The translations under genes and the position numbers were made by a program. From a virus: a DNA stretch of 64,000 nucleotides. Below the pieces are notes generated by a model. The model did not search any database. It was given only the letters and a program-made list of their open reading frames with translations, and had not been told where the DNA came from. Where the stretch lies: positions 32,001 to 96,000 of IMG/VR virus record IMGVR_UViG_3300047160_002053, one strand, 5' to 3'. This document shows, piece after piece, positions 9,035-18,657 of the stretch. The first letter of the stretch is position 1, and each line of letters starts with the position of its first letter.

Positions 9035-11680
9035 TTATTGTTCTTCTACAGTTAAGATACGGCTTTGTGCGGCAGTGCTAACTGCCGAGCTTGCCGGACT
9101 TCTCCAGTAAACCGCAATCGTGTGCGTTCCAGGAGAAAGGTTAAAGATACCATCAAACGGTGAGTATGCCGCAGTCGTTGCCGTAACGCCTTGTGCATCG
9201 AATACCTGAACACCATCAATAAATAGAGCAGTGTTAACGCCGTTAGATCCGTTCGAGGTCATCTGAACGTTGTACGAGATACGAACGCGGTTGCCCTTGA
9301 TCTTGATTTTGACCATCATATCTGGCATCGGCACGTATGTCGCGCTAGAAGTCGAAGGCGATACCGATTGGCCAGTTGCCTGAGCCCACGCTTTTGGCGT
9401 AGGGGCATTAATGACTGCAGTCGTATTGCGGTTATCCGAGATGCTTTGCGAACCGACCAAAGTCGAATTCATGATGTCGTTGTTAGCGAACTTATAAGCA
9501 TGGATCGGAGTAATGATATTGATATTTTGGATCTGAATACCAGGAGTACCAGACGTTTTTGCAATCGTAACCGTATGGAAACCAAGAGTCAGTCCGGTGA
9601 ATTCGACGCGGCAAGGAGCGCGAGCGGTAGTCGTGGTCGAGGTATAGATACCCGAGCCCGAGTTAACCATGTTACTACGTGCGACACCAGTAGAATTCAA
9701 TGCGCCGTCAACAGTGACAGAGTACGCATAGGTTCCTCCGGATTGTCCCCACATGGAAATGTTAAATCCAGTTCCGAAGAAAGTGAAATTAACGTTGTCG
9801 CCGTTTGTACCAGAGTTAGACGTGTTACCAGTCGTACTTGCATTATCTACGCCGATAATAGACCAGCCAGCGCCAGTATATGTGAATTCACGAACTGGCG
9901 ACTTAAGCAAGACACCAGTAGGCATCTGCGTGTTATCAGTAGTCGAAGTTGCAGTCGTACCGTCATAGTTTGCGAAGTTATTGAAATCCGCAAGTTCGAC
10001 CGTTCCTGAAGGAAGCGTAGGCTTCTTAGGTTGATAGATGGCAAACTTAACGATACCAGGAGCATTCAGGGATGCACTTCCATTGCTGAGTTTCAATGTG
10101 TGGGTTCCGTAAGGAAGACCAGACGCCAATTTAACCCAAACAGGATTCTGAGTAGTCGTATAAGTAGTGGTTCCGATTGAGGCACCGCCATCAATCGAAT
10201 AAGTCATGCTGCGCGTGAAGCCTGTTGCGGTTTGTTGCAACATAACGTCGATACCAGTTCCGATGAAAACCAAAAGCGTGAAGTTGGCGGTTCCAGAAAG
10301 AACCGACAATGCTTCACCGATGTTCGGATCAATGATACCGTTTAGAGAAGAAAGAGTAGTCAGGTTATCAGAAAGCGTGAATGCTTTGTTCGCAGCAGAA
10401 GATCCGAGCGACATAAAATCATCAGAACGCGAGCTTCCGAATTCACGGAAATGAACGATCTGTGCGATCTCTTCATTCTGGTGATTCGTATTCGTGAAGG
10501 TCAGCGAAGTAGCATCGACCGCCTGGAAAGCCGTACCGATAGTTCCGTCGCCATTTTGGTAAACGAGAGTACGTCCACCTTTAGTTCCGGTGATACCAGC
10601 ATTGTAAGCAAAAGTCACTGCCGAAGCGGTAGTGTATTTTTTACCCTGAATATATGCAATACCAGGATTTACTTGAACGTTTGCAGCGGTAGTATTGACT
10701 GTGATAACTTCAATGCTTTGTACGCGAGCAGCAGCAGTAGCCGAGTTAGCACGGATCTTAACGGTGTGAACGCCAAGAGTCAAGCCAGAAGCAACGTTGA
10801 TACCTTGGAAGGTATCGTAGTTACGATTCGTCAAAGCACTGCTGTAAGTGGTTCCAGTCCAGATATTCGATCCTTCTGCGCCGCCGTCAACAGATACGCG
10901 GAAATCGTTAGCGACCGAGTACGTTTGGAAACCAATGTTTAAGCCGGTTCCATAGAAAGTAACTTCCATGAAATCGTTTAGAACGGCGAAAGAAACACCT
11001 GCACCAGAAGCGTCGCCGCTTGAAAGGATCGCTCCACCGAAGCGGATCTGTCCGAAAATATCTCCGATAACGCCATAAATCGGCTCTAGGTTAGGACCAA
11101 ATTCACCTTGAATTTGGTACGCACCAGGGACCGGCATACGATCAAAACCAATCTGCGCTTTCAAGTTCGACGAAAGATCGGTGATGGATGCACGGTTCGT
11201 GATCGAAGAATAGAAAGTACCTGCGGCTGGAGTTCCAGTCGTAGAGGTAGCCGACATCAAAGAAGTCTGGTTAATGACTGCCTGGAATGAATTTCCTTGT
11301 GCTTCGTACAATTGGACAAAGCGATTGTCCATTGCGAATTCGGCTTCTTTTTTGAGGCCTAGAAGGAATGCTTGAATGTTCAGGTTGATATTAATCGGGC
11401 TGTTAAGCGTGATCTGACTAGAATAGCCGTTAGATCCAATGGCCGTGAACGTATAGTCGTTCGTGGAGCCCAGGCGCAATTTTTTACCGTCAACGAATAG
11501 CCAGAATTGATCTGGTTGATTCACTGTGTCAACGCTAAAAGAAAGGTTGATGACGGTCTGGCTCGCAGTCGAAACTGCGTAATAGCTAGACATTACAGGC
11601 TGTTGCGGCGCAAACGGCAGATCCTGATTGGTCTGCTTTTTGACGTTCGCTTTTGAATTTAAACTCTGAGTAACAGGCAT
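9035..11680 (-). CDS. tail fibre / receptor-binding protein (881 aa)
   Basis: Three repeats of 'F.GTG...VDG...GL..G.HT[VL]' jelly-roll (carbohydrate-binding-like) module; paralog of 11714..15574. Confidence 0.75.
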   Translation of the reverse strand: MPVTQSLNSKANVKKQTNQDLPFAPQQPVMSSYYAVSTASQTVINLSFSVDTVNQPDQFWLFVDGKKLRLGSTNDYTFTAIGSNGYSSQITLNSPININLNIQAFLLGLKKEAEFAMDNRFVQLYEAQGNSFQAVINQTSLMSATSTTGTPAAGTFYSSITNRASITDLSSNLKAQIGFDRMPVPGAYQIQGEFGPNLEPIYGVIGDIFGQIRFGGAILSSGDASGAGVSFAVLNDFMEVTFYGTGLNIGFQTYSVANDFRVSVDGGAEGSNIWTGTTYSSALTNRNYDTFQGINVASGLTLGVHTVKIRANSATAAARVQSIEVITVNTTAANVQVNPGIAYIQGKKYTTASAVTFAYNAGITGTKGGRTLVYQNGDGTIGTAFQAVDATSLTFTNTNHQNEEIAQIVHFREFGSSRSDDFMSLGSSAANKAFTLSDNLTTLSSLNGIIDPNIGEALSVLSGTANFTLLVFIGTGIDVMLQQTATGFTRSMTYSIDGGASIGTTTYTTTQNPVWVKLASGLPYGTHTLKLSNGSASLNAPGIVKFAIYQPKKPTLPSGTVELADFNNFANYDGTTATSTTDNTQMPTGVLLKSPVREFTYTGAGWSIIGVDNASTTGNTSNSGTNGDNVNFTFFGTGFNISMWGQSGGTYAYSVTVDGALNSTGVARSNMVNSGSGIYTSTTTTARAPCRVEFTGLTLGFHTVTIAKTSGTPGIQIQNINIITPIHAYKFANNDIMNSTLVGSQSISDNRNTTAVINAPTPKAWAQATGQSVSPSTSSATYVPMPDMMVKIKIKGNRVRISYNVQMTSNGSNGVNTALFIDGVQVFDAQGVTATTAAYSPFDGIFNLSPGTHTIAVYWRSPASSAVSTAAQSRILTVEEQ

Positions 11681-11702
11681 CTTAACCCTCTTGTATCATA
11701 TC

Positions 11703-11709
11703 TAAGATT
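11703..11709 (-). promoter_or_regulatory. AATCTTA candidate late promoter
   Basis: Motif in the intergenic gap, 22 nt upstream of ATG 11680. Confidence 0.55.
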
Positions 11710-11713
11710 GCGA

Positions 11714-14700
11714 TTAGGCTTCTTCCACCAGCAACGAGCGGCCAGTGCCGTTAGCCGTAAGTGTTCCCGATGCAGTTGTCCAGAAGATATCGTATTTATG
11801 GATACCAGGAGAAACGTATGCGTAATAGACCAAAGTGGTCGTCTCGCTAGATCCTCCAGTAATCTGGTTATAAATAGGCGATCCATCGACATAGAAGCCA
11901 AATGCAGGTGCAGCGTTAGTGGTTGCCCAGTTAACGTACATAGTAATTTTAACACGTCCGCTCTTATTGGTATGAGTCACAGACAGATCTGGGACTGGAA
12001 CCATCAGAGATGAACTGGTCGTTGGGCTTGAGTTCGTACCGAAAGCCTGTGCAACGTTTTTGGTCTGCAAGTTGCTATCTTTGATCGGAGTCGTTTTTCT
12101 CAAATCTGCCAAAGGCGCAGATCCAATAGGAAGTGAGTTCTGACCACTGTATAGCGAATTATTGCGAACGTTATGGATAGGCGTAACGATATCGACACCT
12201 TCGTAGCCAAACGAAGTGGCTGCATTCTGAGTTAACACAACAAGGTGCAAACCAAGAGCAAGTCCAGAAACGCGCAGACCGTTACCGAAAGATCCGGTTC
12301 CGTTCGAGGTAGCGACACCAGTCGTTCCGACAAATGAAGTCCAGTTTCCGTAGAAGCTAGTCGTGGCTCCCAAAGTACCAGTCAAGTTAGCGACACCATC
12401 AACAGTCACGTTGAAAGTATTGGACGCGACCGGCGTAGACATACGAAGATCGAATCCAGTTCCGTAGAAGTAGAAACGAACAGTATTCGCAGCAGCTGCA
12501 CCTATGAAACGAATGCCCTCGATAGAACCTGCGGTTCCACCTTGAGAAGAAGGAGCTTCCGTATTCCATGTTCCAGTATAGATGTGCTCACGAACTGCTC
12601 CGCGACGAAGCATACCAGTTCCGATAAATTCGGCACCAGGAGTCGCGTTAGCAACGAAAGTTGCCATCACATTGTATTCGGCAAGTTCAATTGCGCCAGT
12701 AGGAAGCGTAGGCTTCTTAGGTTGGTAAGCAGTGAAGTATTTGAACACGCGGCTGTTAGAAGCAGAAGTAGAACGAAGTAATTTAACAGTGTGGGTTCCG
12801 TAAGGAAGACCAGACACAAGTTTTTGAGTTCTAACGCGGTTAACAACCGATAAACTATCCAAACTTCCAATGGTAGTTCCGTCAACGATAACTGAACAAA
12901 CATCGGCAGTAGAAGTATTGTCTTCATAAATGGTCAGATCGCAACCTGTTCCAACGAACGTGAACGTGATAAAGTTACCAGTTCCGACAGGGAATGCTCC
13001 ATCGGCTTGGTTTGTTCCCGAGTTGTTCGAGATGTTACGACCGACCATAGCGGTGATACCATCTTCTAGAGTGAAAGCACGGTCAACGCTTGCTCCTGGA
13101 GCAGAGAAATCATCCGAACGGTTCGCGCCGAATTCACGGAAGTAGTAATTATGGTATGCTTCTTCGTTACTGTGATCTGCTGCAGTCATGTTCAGCTGAG
13201 ATCCAACAGGATTCAAAGCCTTCCCGATAGTTCCATCAGATTTCTGATAAATCAATACGCGACCGCCACGGCTACCAAGGGTTCCCGTGTCGAAAGAAGA
13301 TGCATATGCAGAAGAAACTTGCGATGCCAGAGACAGTTTTTGGCCCGAAACGTAAGAAACGCCAGGGTTAACCGCAATAGCGGTAGTTTCTGTTAGGACG
13401 TTAAATCCGTAAACAGTGATACCCGAAGTGCTGTTGTTACGGAGTTTAACCGTGTGAACACCAAGGGTCAAACCAGACACCAAGTTCAATTGTTGATACG
13501 TGTTGTATCCACGAGCAGCTGCGACAGCTGAATAGTTCCCGTAGATATTTGCACCTTCAGTTCCACCGTCAACCGTAACGCGAATGTCACGACCAGTAGT
13601 TCCTGCGAACGTAAACATGTTCAGGCCAGTTCCGTAGAACACTACTTCAACGTAATCGTTAGCAACATTCGTGAAAGGTCCGTTACCGTTAGTATCTACG
13701 ACGTTTGCCCAGTTTCCACCGACAAAACGAACTTGACCAAACAAATCGCCGACAGATCCCCAGACTTGTTCGCCAGAAGAGCCGAATTCGTTGTTGATAC
13801 CGTAGATCACTTGGGTAAGAATACGATCTTCACCCATACGCGCTTTCAAGTCCTGAGACAGATCAGGAATTGCGGCGCGATTAGAAACTTGCGAATAATA
13901 AGCGCCAGCAGCAGGAACGCCAGTCGTGGTCGTAGGATTTAAAACAGAGTTCTGAGAAATAAACGATTGGAAACCGTTAGTCATGATCTCTTGTTGCGAA
14001 GAGATATTGGTCGTATTGATGGTCGAGTTGTCAACGATTTGAGTACGTTGGAACACTTCAACCGACAAGTTATACTTGCTGTAGTCACGATCCAAAAGAA
14101 TCGACGTAGAGGAAAGTTCAGTGAAAGATGCATCCGGAGTCAAAGTCGAGTTGACAAATCGCGGGATCTTCTGACCGTTAACCCAAACTTCGATAGCCGA
14201 AGCGGTTGTACCAGCATAGACACCAACGGCGTACTGCCAAGTCAGTTGCAGAGAAGTCTTGCCGCCAGACGATCCAACCGTACAGTTGATCGGCGTACCA
14301 ACGCTGTTTGTGAATGCATAGGCAGAGTTAGCGATACCGCCAGACGTTCCAGAAGTAGTCTTCTGCATGAACGCTTTGTACATGATAAGATTCGAGATAC
14401 CCGAACCAGACGTTTGGTTTGCGAAGAAACGCAAGTACAGTGAAGTACCAGCAGACAAAAGAGAAGTCGAGTTCTCAGTGTCGGTTTCGTTCGTGTTGCG
14501 AACACCAACGGTCGTAAAGTTCGTATTGTCATTCGACGCAACAAAACCAATAACAGGGGTCGTATTCGGAGTAAAGATATTCGAGTTTGCAGTCGAGTTA
14601 TCTTTATAGTCAACCAAGACATCGGAGAACGTCGAAGCGCCGAAAGCGGCAGAAATTGCTGCTCCATCCACTGCGAAGTTGTAGATATCTTTGGTGTAAA

Positions 14701-15574
14701 CGGCTTGCGAAATGTTTGCAGATGCCGAAACCAAATTGGTCGGGAAAGCTGCTTCAAGCGTATAAGACGTTTGCGAAGAGATCGAAGCGATCTTGCGAAC
14801 GACTCCACCCGAAACGATCACGTCACCAGCTGCGACCGTGAATGCAGGAGCGGCAGATGCCGTTGCAGCAGTTCCGGTAGTCGAAACGGTTTTCGATGCG
14901 TCATACGACATCGTGTACATGGCTTTGGCAGCGTTGAACACTGCGTTAGTGCCAGACGAGTTGATCGAGCTATTTGCGTTCGTAGAGCTTTCAGTGAAAA
15001 GATCAGTGAAAGATGCGCGGTAAAGAAGAGAATCTAGATCGTCACCGACTCCAGAGCCAGATCCACCAGAACCTGCGGAACCGAGTCGAGCCGATTGGCC
15101 AGCATTAAATGCTGCACCGTTACGGAAATAAAGACGTTGAGTACCGTCACCAGCGTCAACGCGCTTTGCGATCAAGAACACTTCTTGATTCGCTGCGCTA
15201 ACTGCCGGAAGTGCGTTACCTGCGGTGATAATCGAAACCGTCGCAGTTCCTGCGGTACGGTCGATCACGGCGATCATCATGTCGCCAGAGCTTACGAAGT
15301 TTTGCGAAGTCGATCCCAAAGAAATAACTTGGGGCACTGCGCCAGAAACCTTCTGGTTCAGAGTCAGTTTAAGAGCTTCAGAGAATTGAACCTGAGTTCC
15401 AGTGAACGTGATGGTTCCACCGTCCGTCAGGAGGGCGTTACGGTCTTCAAATAGCTTAGCGATCTCGCCATCAATACGAGGAAGCAACACGCTCAACTGT
15501 TCGTTGGCATTGTTCCCGATCATTGCGAGGGCTGATCTATTAACTACCTGTCTTGAATCTAATTGTGTAGGCAT
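11714..15574 (-). CDS. long tail fibre / receptor-binding protein (1286 aa)
   Basis: Ser/Thr/Gly/Ala-rich; C-terminal ~750 aa colinear with the 881-aa protein (FREFG..RSDDF, SGLPYGTHT, YQPKKPTLP). Confidence 0.75.
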   Translation of the reverse strand: MPTQLDSRQVVNRSALAMIGNNANEQLSVLLPRIDGEIAKLFEDRNALLTDGGTITFTGTQVQFSEALKLTLNQKVSGAVPQVISLGSTSQNFVSSGDMMIAVIDRTAGTATVSIITAGNALPAVSAANQEVFLIAKRVDAGDGTQRLYFRNGAAFNAGQSARLGSAGSGGSGSGVGDDLDSLLYRASFTDLFTESSTNANSSINSSGTNAVFNAAKAMYTMSYDASKTVSTTGTAATASAAPAFTVAAGDVIVSGGVVRKIASISSQTSYTLEAAFPTNLVSASANISQAVYTKDIYNFAVDGAAISAAFGASTFSDVLVDYKDNSTANSNIFTPNTTPVIGFVASNDNTNFTTVGVRNTNETDTENSTSLLSAGTSLYLRFFANQTSGSGISNLIMYKAFMQKTTSGTSGGIANSAYAFTNSVGTPINCTVGSSGGKTSLQLTWQYAVGVYAGTTASAIEVWVNGQKIPRFVNSTLTPDASFTELSSTSILLDRDYSKYNLSVEVFQRTQIVDNSTINTTNISSQQEIMTNGFQSFISQNSVLNPTTTTGVPAAGAYYSQVSNRAAIPDLSQDLKARMGEDRILTQVIYGINNEFGSSGEQVWGSVGDLFGQVRFVGGNWANVVDTNGNGPFTNVANDYVEVVFYGTGLNMFTFAGTTGRDIRVTVDGGTEGANIYGNYSAVAAARGYNTYQQLNLVSGLTLGVHTVKLRNNSTSGITVYGFNVLTETTAIAVNPGVSYVSGQKLSLASQVSSAYASSFDTGTLGSRGGRVLIYQKSDGTIGKALNPVGSQLNMTAADHSNEEAYHNYYFREFGANRSDDFSAPGASVDRAFTLEDGITAMVGRNISNNSGTNQADGAFPVGTGNFITFTFVGTGCDLTIYEDNTSTADVCSVIVDGTTIGSLDSLSVVNRVRTQKLVSGLPYGTHTVKLLRSTSASNSRVFKYFTAYQPKKPTLPTGAIELAEYNVMATFVANATPGAEFIGTGMLRRGAVREHIYTGTWNTEAPSSQGGTAGSIEGIRFIGAAAANTVRFYFYGTGFDLRMSTPVASNTFNVTVDGVANLTGTLGATTSFYGNWTSFVGTTGVATSNGTGSFGNGLRVSGLALGLHLVVLTQNAATSFGYEGVDIVTPIHNVRNNSLYSGQNSLPIGSAPLADLRKTTPIKDSNLQTKNVAQAFGTNSSPTTSSSLMVPVPDLSVTHTNKSGRVKITMYVNWATTNAAPAFGFYVDGSPIYNQITGGSSETTTLVYYAYVSPGIHKYDIFWTTASGTLTANGTGRSLLVEEA

Positions 15575-15595
15575 CTTAATCCTCTATATATCACA

Positions 15596-15925
15596 TTACG
15601 GAGCGCGGTCGATGCGGAAATCTACGCGATCTCCAACAACCAAGTCTACGGTAAACATTAACTGGGTTCTGGGTGCGCTTCCGACATAAGTGTAGTCAAA
15701 AAGCGGCTCCATGCGATCTCCATTTAAGTAAACCTGAAGTTCTGCAGCGGTATAGGTCTGAGATCCAGGAATAGTAACAGCCGTACCAGCGGTCACGGGA
15801 CCGTTGATTTGGTTTGCGCCCGCACCGGACGCAACAACCGTTAAACTCTGGTCGTAGATGGTGATCGTCGAACTTTCTTGGAAAGAACGAGAAACTCCAC
15901 CTGACAATCTCAGGAAACTACCCAT
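15596..15925 (-). CDS. small virion structural protein
   Basis: 'LQVYLNG...DYT...L.VGDRV.F' Ig-like module also seen in 18657..21356; TAATG coupling. Confidence 0.6.
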   Translation of the reverse strand: MGSFLRLSGGVSRSFQESSTITIYDQSLTVVASGAGANQINGPVTAGTAVTIPGSQTYTAAELQVYLNGDRMEPLFDYTYVGSAPRTQLMFTVDLVVGDRVDFRIDRAP

Positions 15926-17913
15926 TAAGCAATTCCTCTAAATTGGGGTCCAGTGAACAAGAAGGCTCCTAATCCTGTAACGACACCGACAGCAATCTGT
16001 GCTTCGTTCGTCGTATTGGCCAAAGAAGCACCCAAAACTTGAGCGCCTGCAGAGCCGAGGAAAACTTCGCGTCCGATGTTCGAGTTACCGAACGATCCAG
16101 GAGCAGAAGTGCCAACCAAATTCACGGTAACGCTACCGCCTGCAGAAACTGCAGAGCTAGAGTTAACCCAACCAATAACAACCCATTTGTTGTCCGAAGA
16201 AGCGTCTTTGTCGGCTTTGTAAACGCGGCCAACAGTCTCGCCAAGATCGAACATCGCCATGCGAACCAAGAACGTAGTGTTCGCGGCCATAGCTTCACCG
16301 GCAACGAAGGATTGCTTCAGAGACGGTGCGTATTGAACTGCAGCTGCCGAGCCAGATCCACCAGTGATCGTTGCTTGGTCGTATGCAGTTGATTTAACGC
16401 GAATTGCGTTCGAGGAAATCTCCAAAGAGGTTCCATCGACGTTCGCTTTGACTTTCGTTCCAGAGCCGCCAGTGATAGCGCCTGCAGCGTCGTAAGTCGT
16501 AGAGACAATTTTATTCTCGTCAACCGAGTTCGCAGCGAGTTTTGCAAGGGTGATTCCCAAGTCTTTAACGCGCAACGCATTCGCGTTGATTTCAATGGTT
16601 GAAGCGTCAACATTGACAGCAAGACCAGAGGCACCCTGACCGATTGCTCCGCCAGCGGCGAGCTTAACAGCCAATTCGTTCAAACCAGTGATCTGCAACG
16701 AAGGGTTCGACGCTTCCAGGTTGATAGTCAACTGACCAGCAACGTTACCAGGATTTGTGGACTTTAACCCACTGCTGGTAGCCAAGTCAACTGAAAAAGT
16801 GGACCCGCTGAAAGTAATCATGTCACCGCCGATCAAACCGGCGATAGGATTATAAAATGCGAAGTTAATCGGATCAGTTCCGACAGTAGTCACGGTTCCG
16901 TATTCAACGAAAACTTGACCTGCTTGCGAACCTTGTTGAACCGTAACCCACGCGCCGTTGAATTCATCAATCGGAGTGAGAGAGTCCATGTCCGCAGAAC
17001 GTGCCCACGCGCCCGAGGCAACAACGTAGATACCGTTGTCTGGAGCATTGGTTTGGTTCTTAACGAGAACGCGATCACCGGCCACAAGAGCAACAGTGTC
17101 AACGGTCTGCGTACCGCTCAACGTCAAGTTTGCGGTCGAAGCTGCCTTGACAGGAGCTTTCGGTGTCAAACCATTCAGGCGAGCGTTCATGTACGCAAGA
17201 GTAACTGCGTCTTGCGATGCAGAAGGATCTGCTAAGTTAGTAGCTCGGAATCCACCGAACGACTGGGCAGCTGCGAAAGCATTAACACCAGAAGTCAGGA
17301 TTGCTTGTTCGTAACGAACTGCGTCGCCAGCAACAGCTGCAGCGGCCAAGTTCGTAAGTTTGAATCCACCCATCGACTGAGCAGCTGCGAATGCACGCGA
17401 ACCATCTTGTTGGATCGAAGTATTGACCTGGCCAAGATTCACGTCTGCGTCTGGCATCGTGATTGTACGAGTCGTGCTTGCGGTAATACCGGAAGCATCG
17501 AAAGCGATTTGCTTCGTGTTATCTAGTGTATTTTTGATGCGGAACGTGCCATCAAAAGCCGAAGAAGCAGTCGAGGAACCGAGAGCACTATCAATACCGG
17601 CAAGAGCGCCTTTAAGCGTCAAGTCACCATTGGTAAAGTTCGTGTACGAGTTGTTATCACCGATCAGAGTCGAACCAGCCGTTCCGCCAGTGCTAGATCC
17701 AAGCTGCGTTTTGGTGAAATAGATGGTATTGTGAGTATGATACGTTGCGTCAACATCAGAACCGTTTTGCAGAGACAGTAAACGACCGAGGATCGTGTCT
17801 GTCAGCGTATTAGTTCCGGTGCTAAGTGCGCCGACAACGAGGGTATTTACAGAGAGATCAACTTGTCTCTGAATACCGCCAATTAACTGGGAGAGTTTTG
17901 AGATATTTGCCAT
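15925..17913 (-). CDS. head/tail fibre protein (662 aa)
   Basis: Widespread fibre motif 'VKAASTANLTLSGTQTVD..LVAGDRVLVKNQT...NGIYVV..GAWARS.D', repeated 'MGGFK.TNLA.P...DAV', DUF2190-like C-terminus. Confidence 0.7.
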   Translation of the reverse strand: MANISKLSQLIGGIQRQVDLSVNTLVVGALSTGTNTLTDTILGRLLSLQNGSDVDATYHTHNTIYFTKTQLGSSTGGTAGSTLIGDNNSYTNFTNGDLTLKGALAGIDSALGSSTASSAFDGTFRIKNTLDNTKQIAFDASGITASTTRTITMPDADVNLGQVNTSIQQDGSRAFAAAQSMGGFKLTNLAAAAVAGDAVRYEQAILTSGVNAFAAAQSFGGFRATNLADPSASQDAVTLAYMNARLNGLTPKAPVKAASTANLTLSGTQTVDTVALVAGDRVLVKNQTNAPDNGIYVVASGAWARSADMDSLTPIDEFNGAWVTVQQGSQAGQVFVEYGTVTTVGTDPINFAFYNPIAGLIGGDMITFSGSTFSVDLATSSGLKSTNPGNVAGQLTINLEASNPSLQITGLNELAVKLAAGGAIGQGASGLAVNVDASTIEINANALRVKDLGITLAKLAANSVDENKIVSTTYDAAGAITGGSGTKVKANVDGTSLEISSNAIRVKSTAYDQATITGGSGSAAAVQYAPSLKQSFVAGEAMAANTTFLVRMAMFDLGETVGRVYKADKDASSDNKWVVIGWVNSSSAVSAGGSVTVNLVGTSAPGSFGNSNIGREVFLGSAGAQVLGASLANTTNEAQIAVGVVTGLGAFLFTGPQFRGIA

Positions 17914-17936
17914 TTTAAATCCTTAATCGAACGATC

Positions 17937-18197
17937 CTATTTAAGATTAGCCTGCTTAGGCTTCCTGCCTTTTTTGGCAGGTATTTTCGCGGCCTTAGCC
18001 GGTTTTTGTTCTAAACCATCAATTTGAAAGGCGATTTTTGCGCTCATCCCGTATATATTCAGGAAGGCATTCATTTTATTCGCCGCTTCATCGCAAATGT
18101 CCTTGCAACGATCCCCAAGCTGCTGGGACAGGTTTTTAACCTCTGCCATTGGCATCTTAGAAATGTCAACTTTGCGCTCTCTGTCTTTCAAATCCAT
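17937..18197 (-). CDS. hypothetical basic protein (~86 aa)
   Basis: ATG 18197 with GGGAGAG RBS; Lys-rich C-terminus. Confidence 0.65.
   Translation of the reverse strand: MDLKDRERKVDISKMPMAEVKNLSQQLGDRCKDICDEAANKMNAFLNIYGMSAKIAFQIDGLEQKPAKAAKIPAKKGRKPKQANLK
17942..17948 (-). promoter_or_regulatory. AATCTTA candidate late promoter
   Basis: 28 nt upstream of ATG 17913, within the last codons of the upstream gene. Confidence 0.45.
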
Positions 18198-18207
18198 AAG
18201 CTCTCCC

Positions 18208-18657
18208 TTACAGTCTTCCGACCAATTCAATAGCTAATTTAATGTCGCGCAGCGTTGAAGTGAATTCGTTACGGACGAAAACGCCCACGAAAACCACAAA
18301 ATCGCCATCAACGAATCCGCCTACGCCAATTTCTGGCTTAGCATTCGTCAAATTTCCGTCCTTTCCAATCCAAAGAGGATCTCCGAGATTGAAAGAAGGA
18401 AAAGTCACATCTTCCAAACGACCAGTATCTTGCACGCCGCCTGTAGCAGATGCAGGAATGATTACGTTGGTAAGACCAACAAACGCGAGAACGTTCGCTT
18501 CATTGGAAACGTCAACCGTTACCAGTTGACTATTCGTGTTAATAGCCGCAGGCGTACCTTTGACCATAGAAGAGCCGGAAGCATTTGTAAAATTGCTTGC
18601 GACTCCCTTGACCGAGCCCTTCGCCTGAGCATTCAAAAAGTAGGGCGAGTAACTCAT
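18208..18657 (-). CDS. capsid-decoration/fibre-like (DUF2190-like) protein
   Basis: 'KGTPA.I...FVGL...I...G.V...G...GDPLWIG..G.LT...P' pattern; ATG 18657 coupled to the upstream TAA. Confidence 0.55.
   Translation of the reverse strand: MSYSPYFLNAQAKGSVKGVASNFTNASGSSMVKGTPAAINTNSQLVTVDVSNEANVLAFVGLTNVIIPASATGGVQDTGRLEDVTFPSFNLGDPLWIGKDGNLTNAKPEIGVGGFVDGDFVVFVGVFVRNEFTSTLRDIKLAIELVGRL

Noticed and set aside
9035-15574. Diversity-generating retroelement or invertible shufflon acting on the fibre genes
   Set aside because: There is no reverse transcriptase or invertase in the window. The repeats are short, direct and in-frame, and I saw no adenine-specific TR/VR pair.
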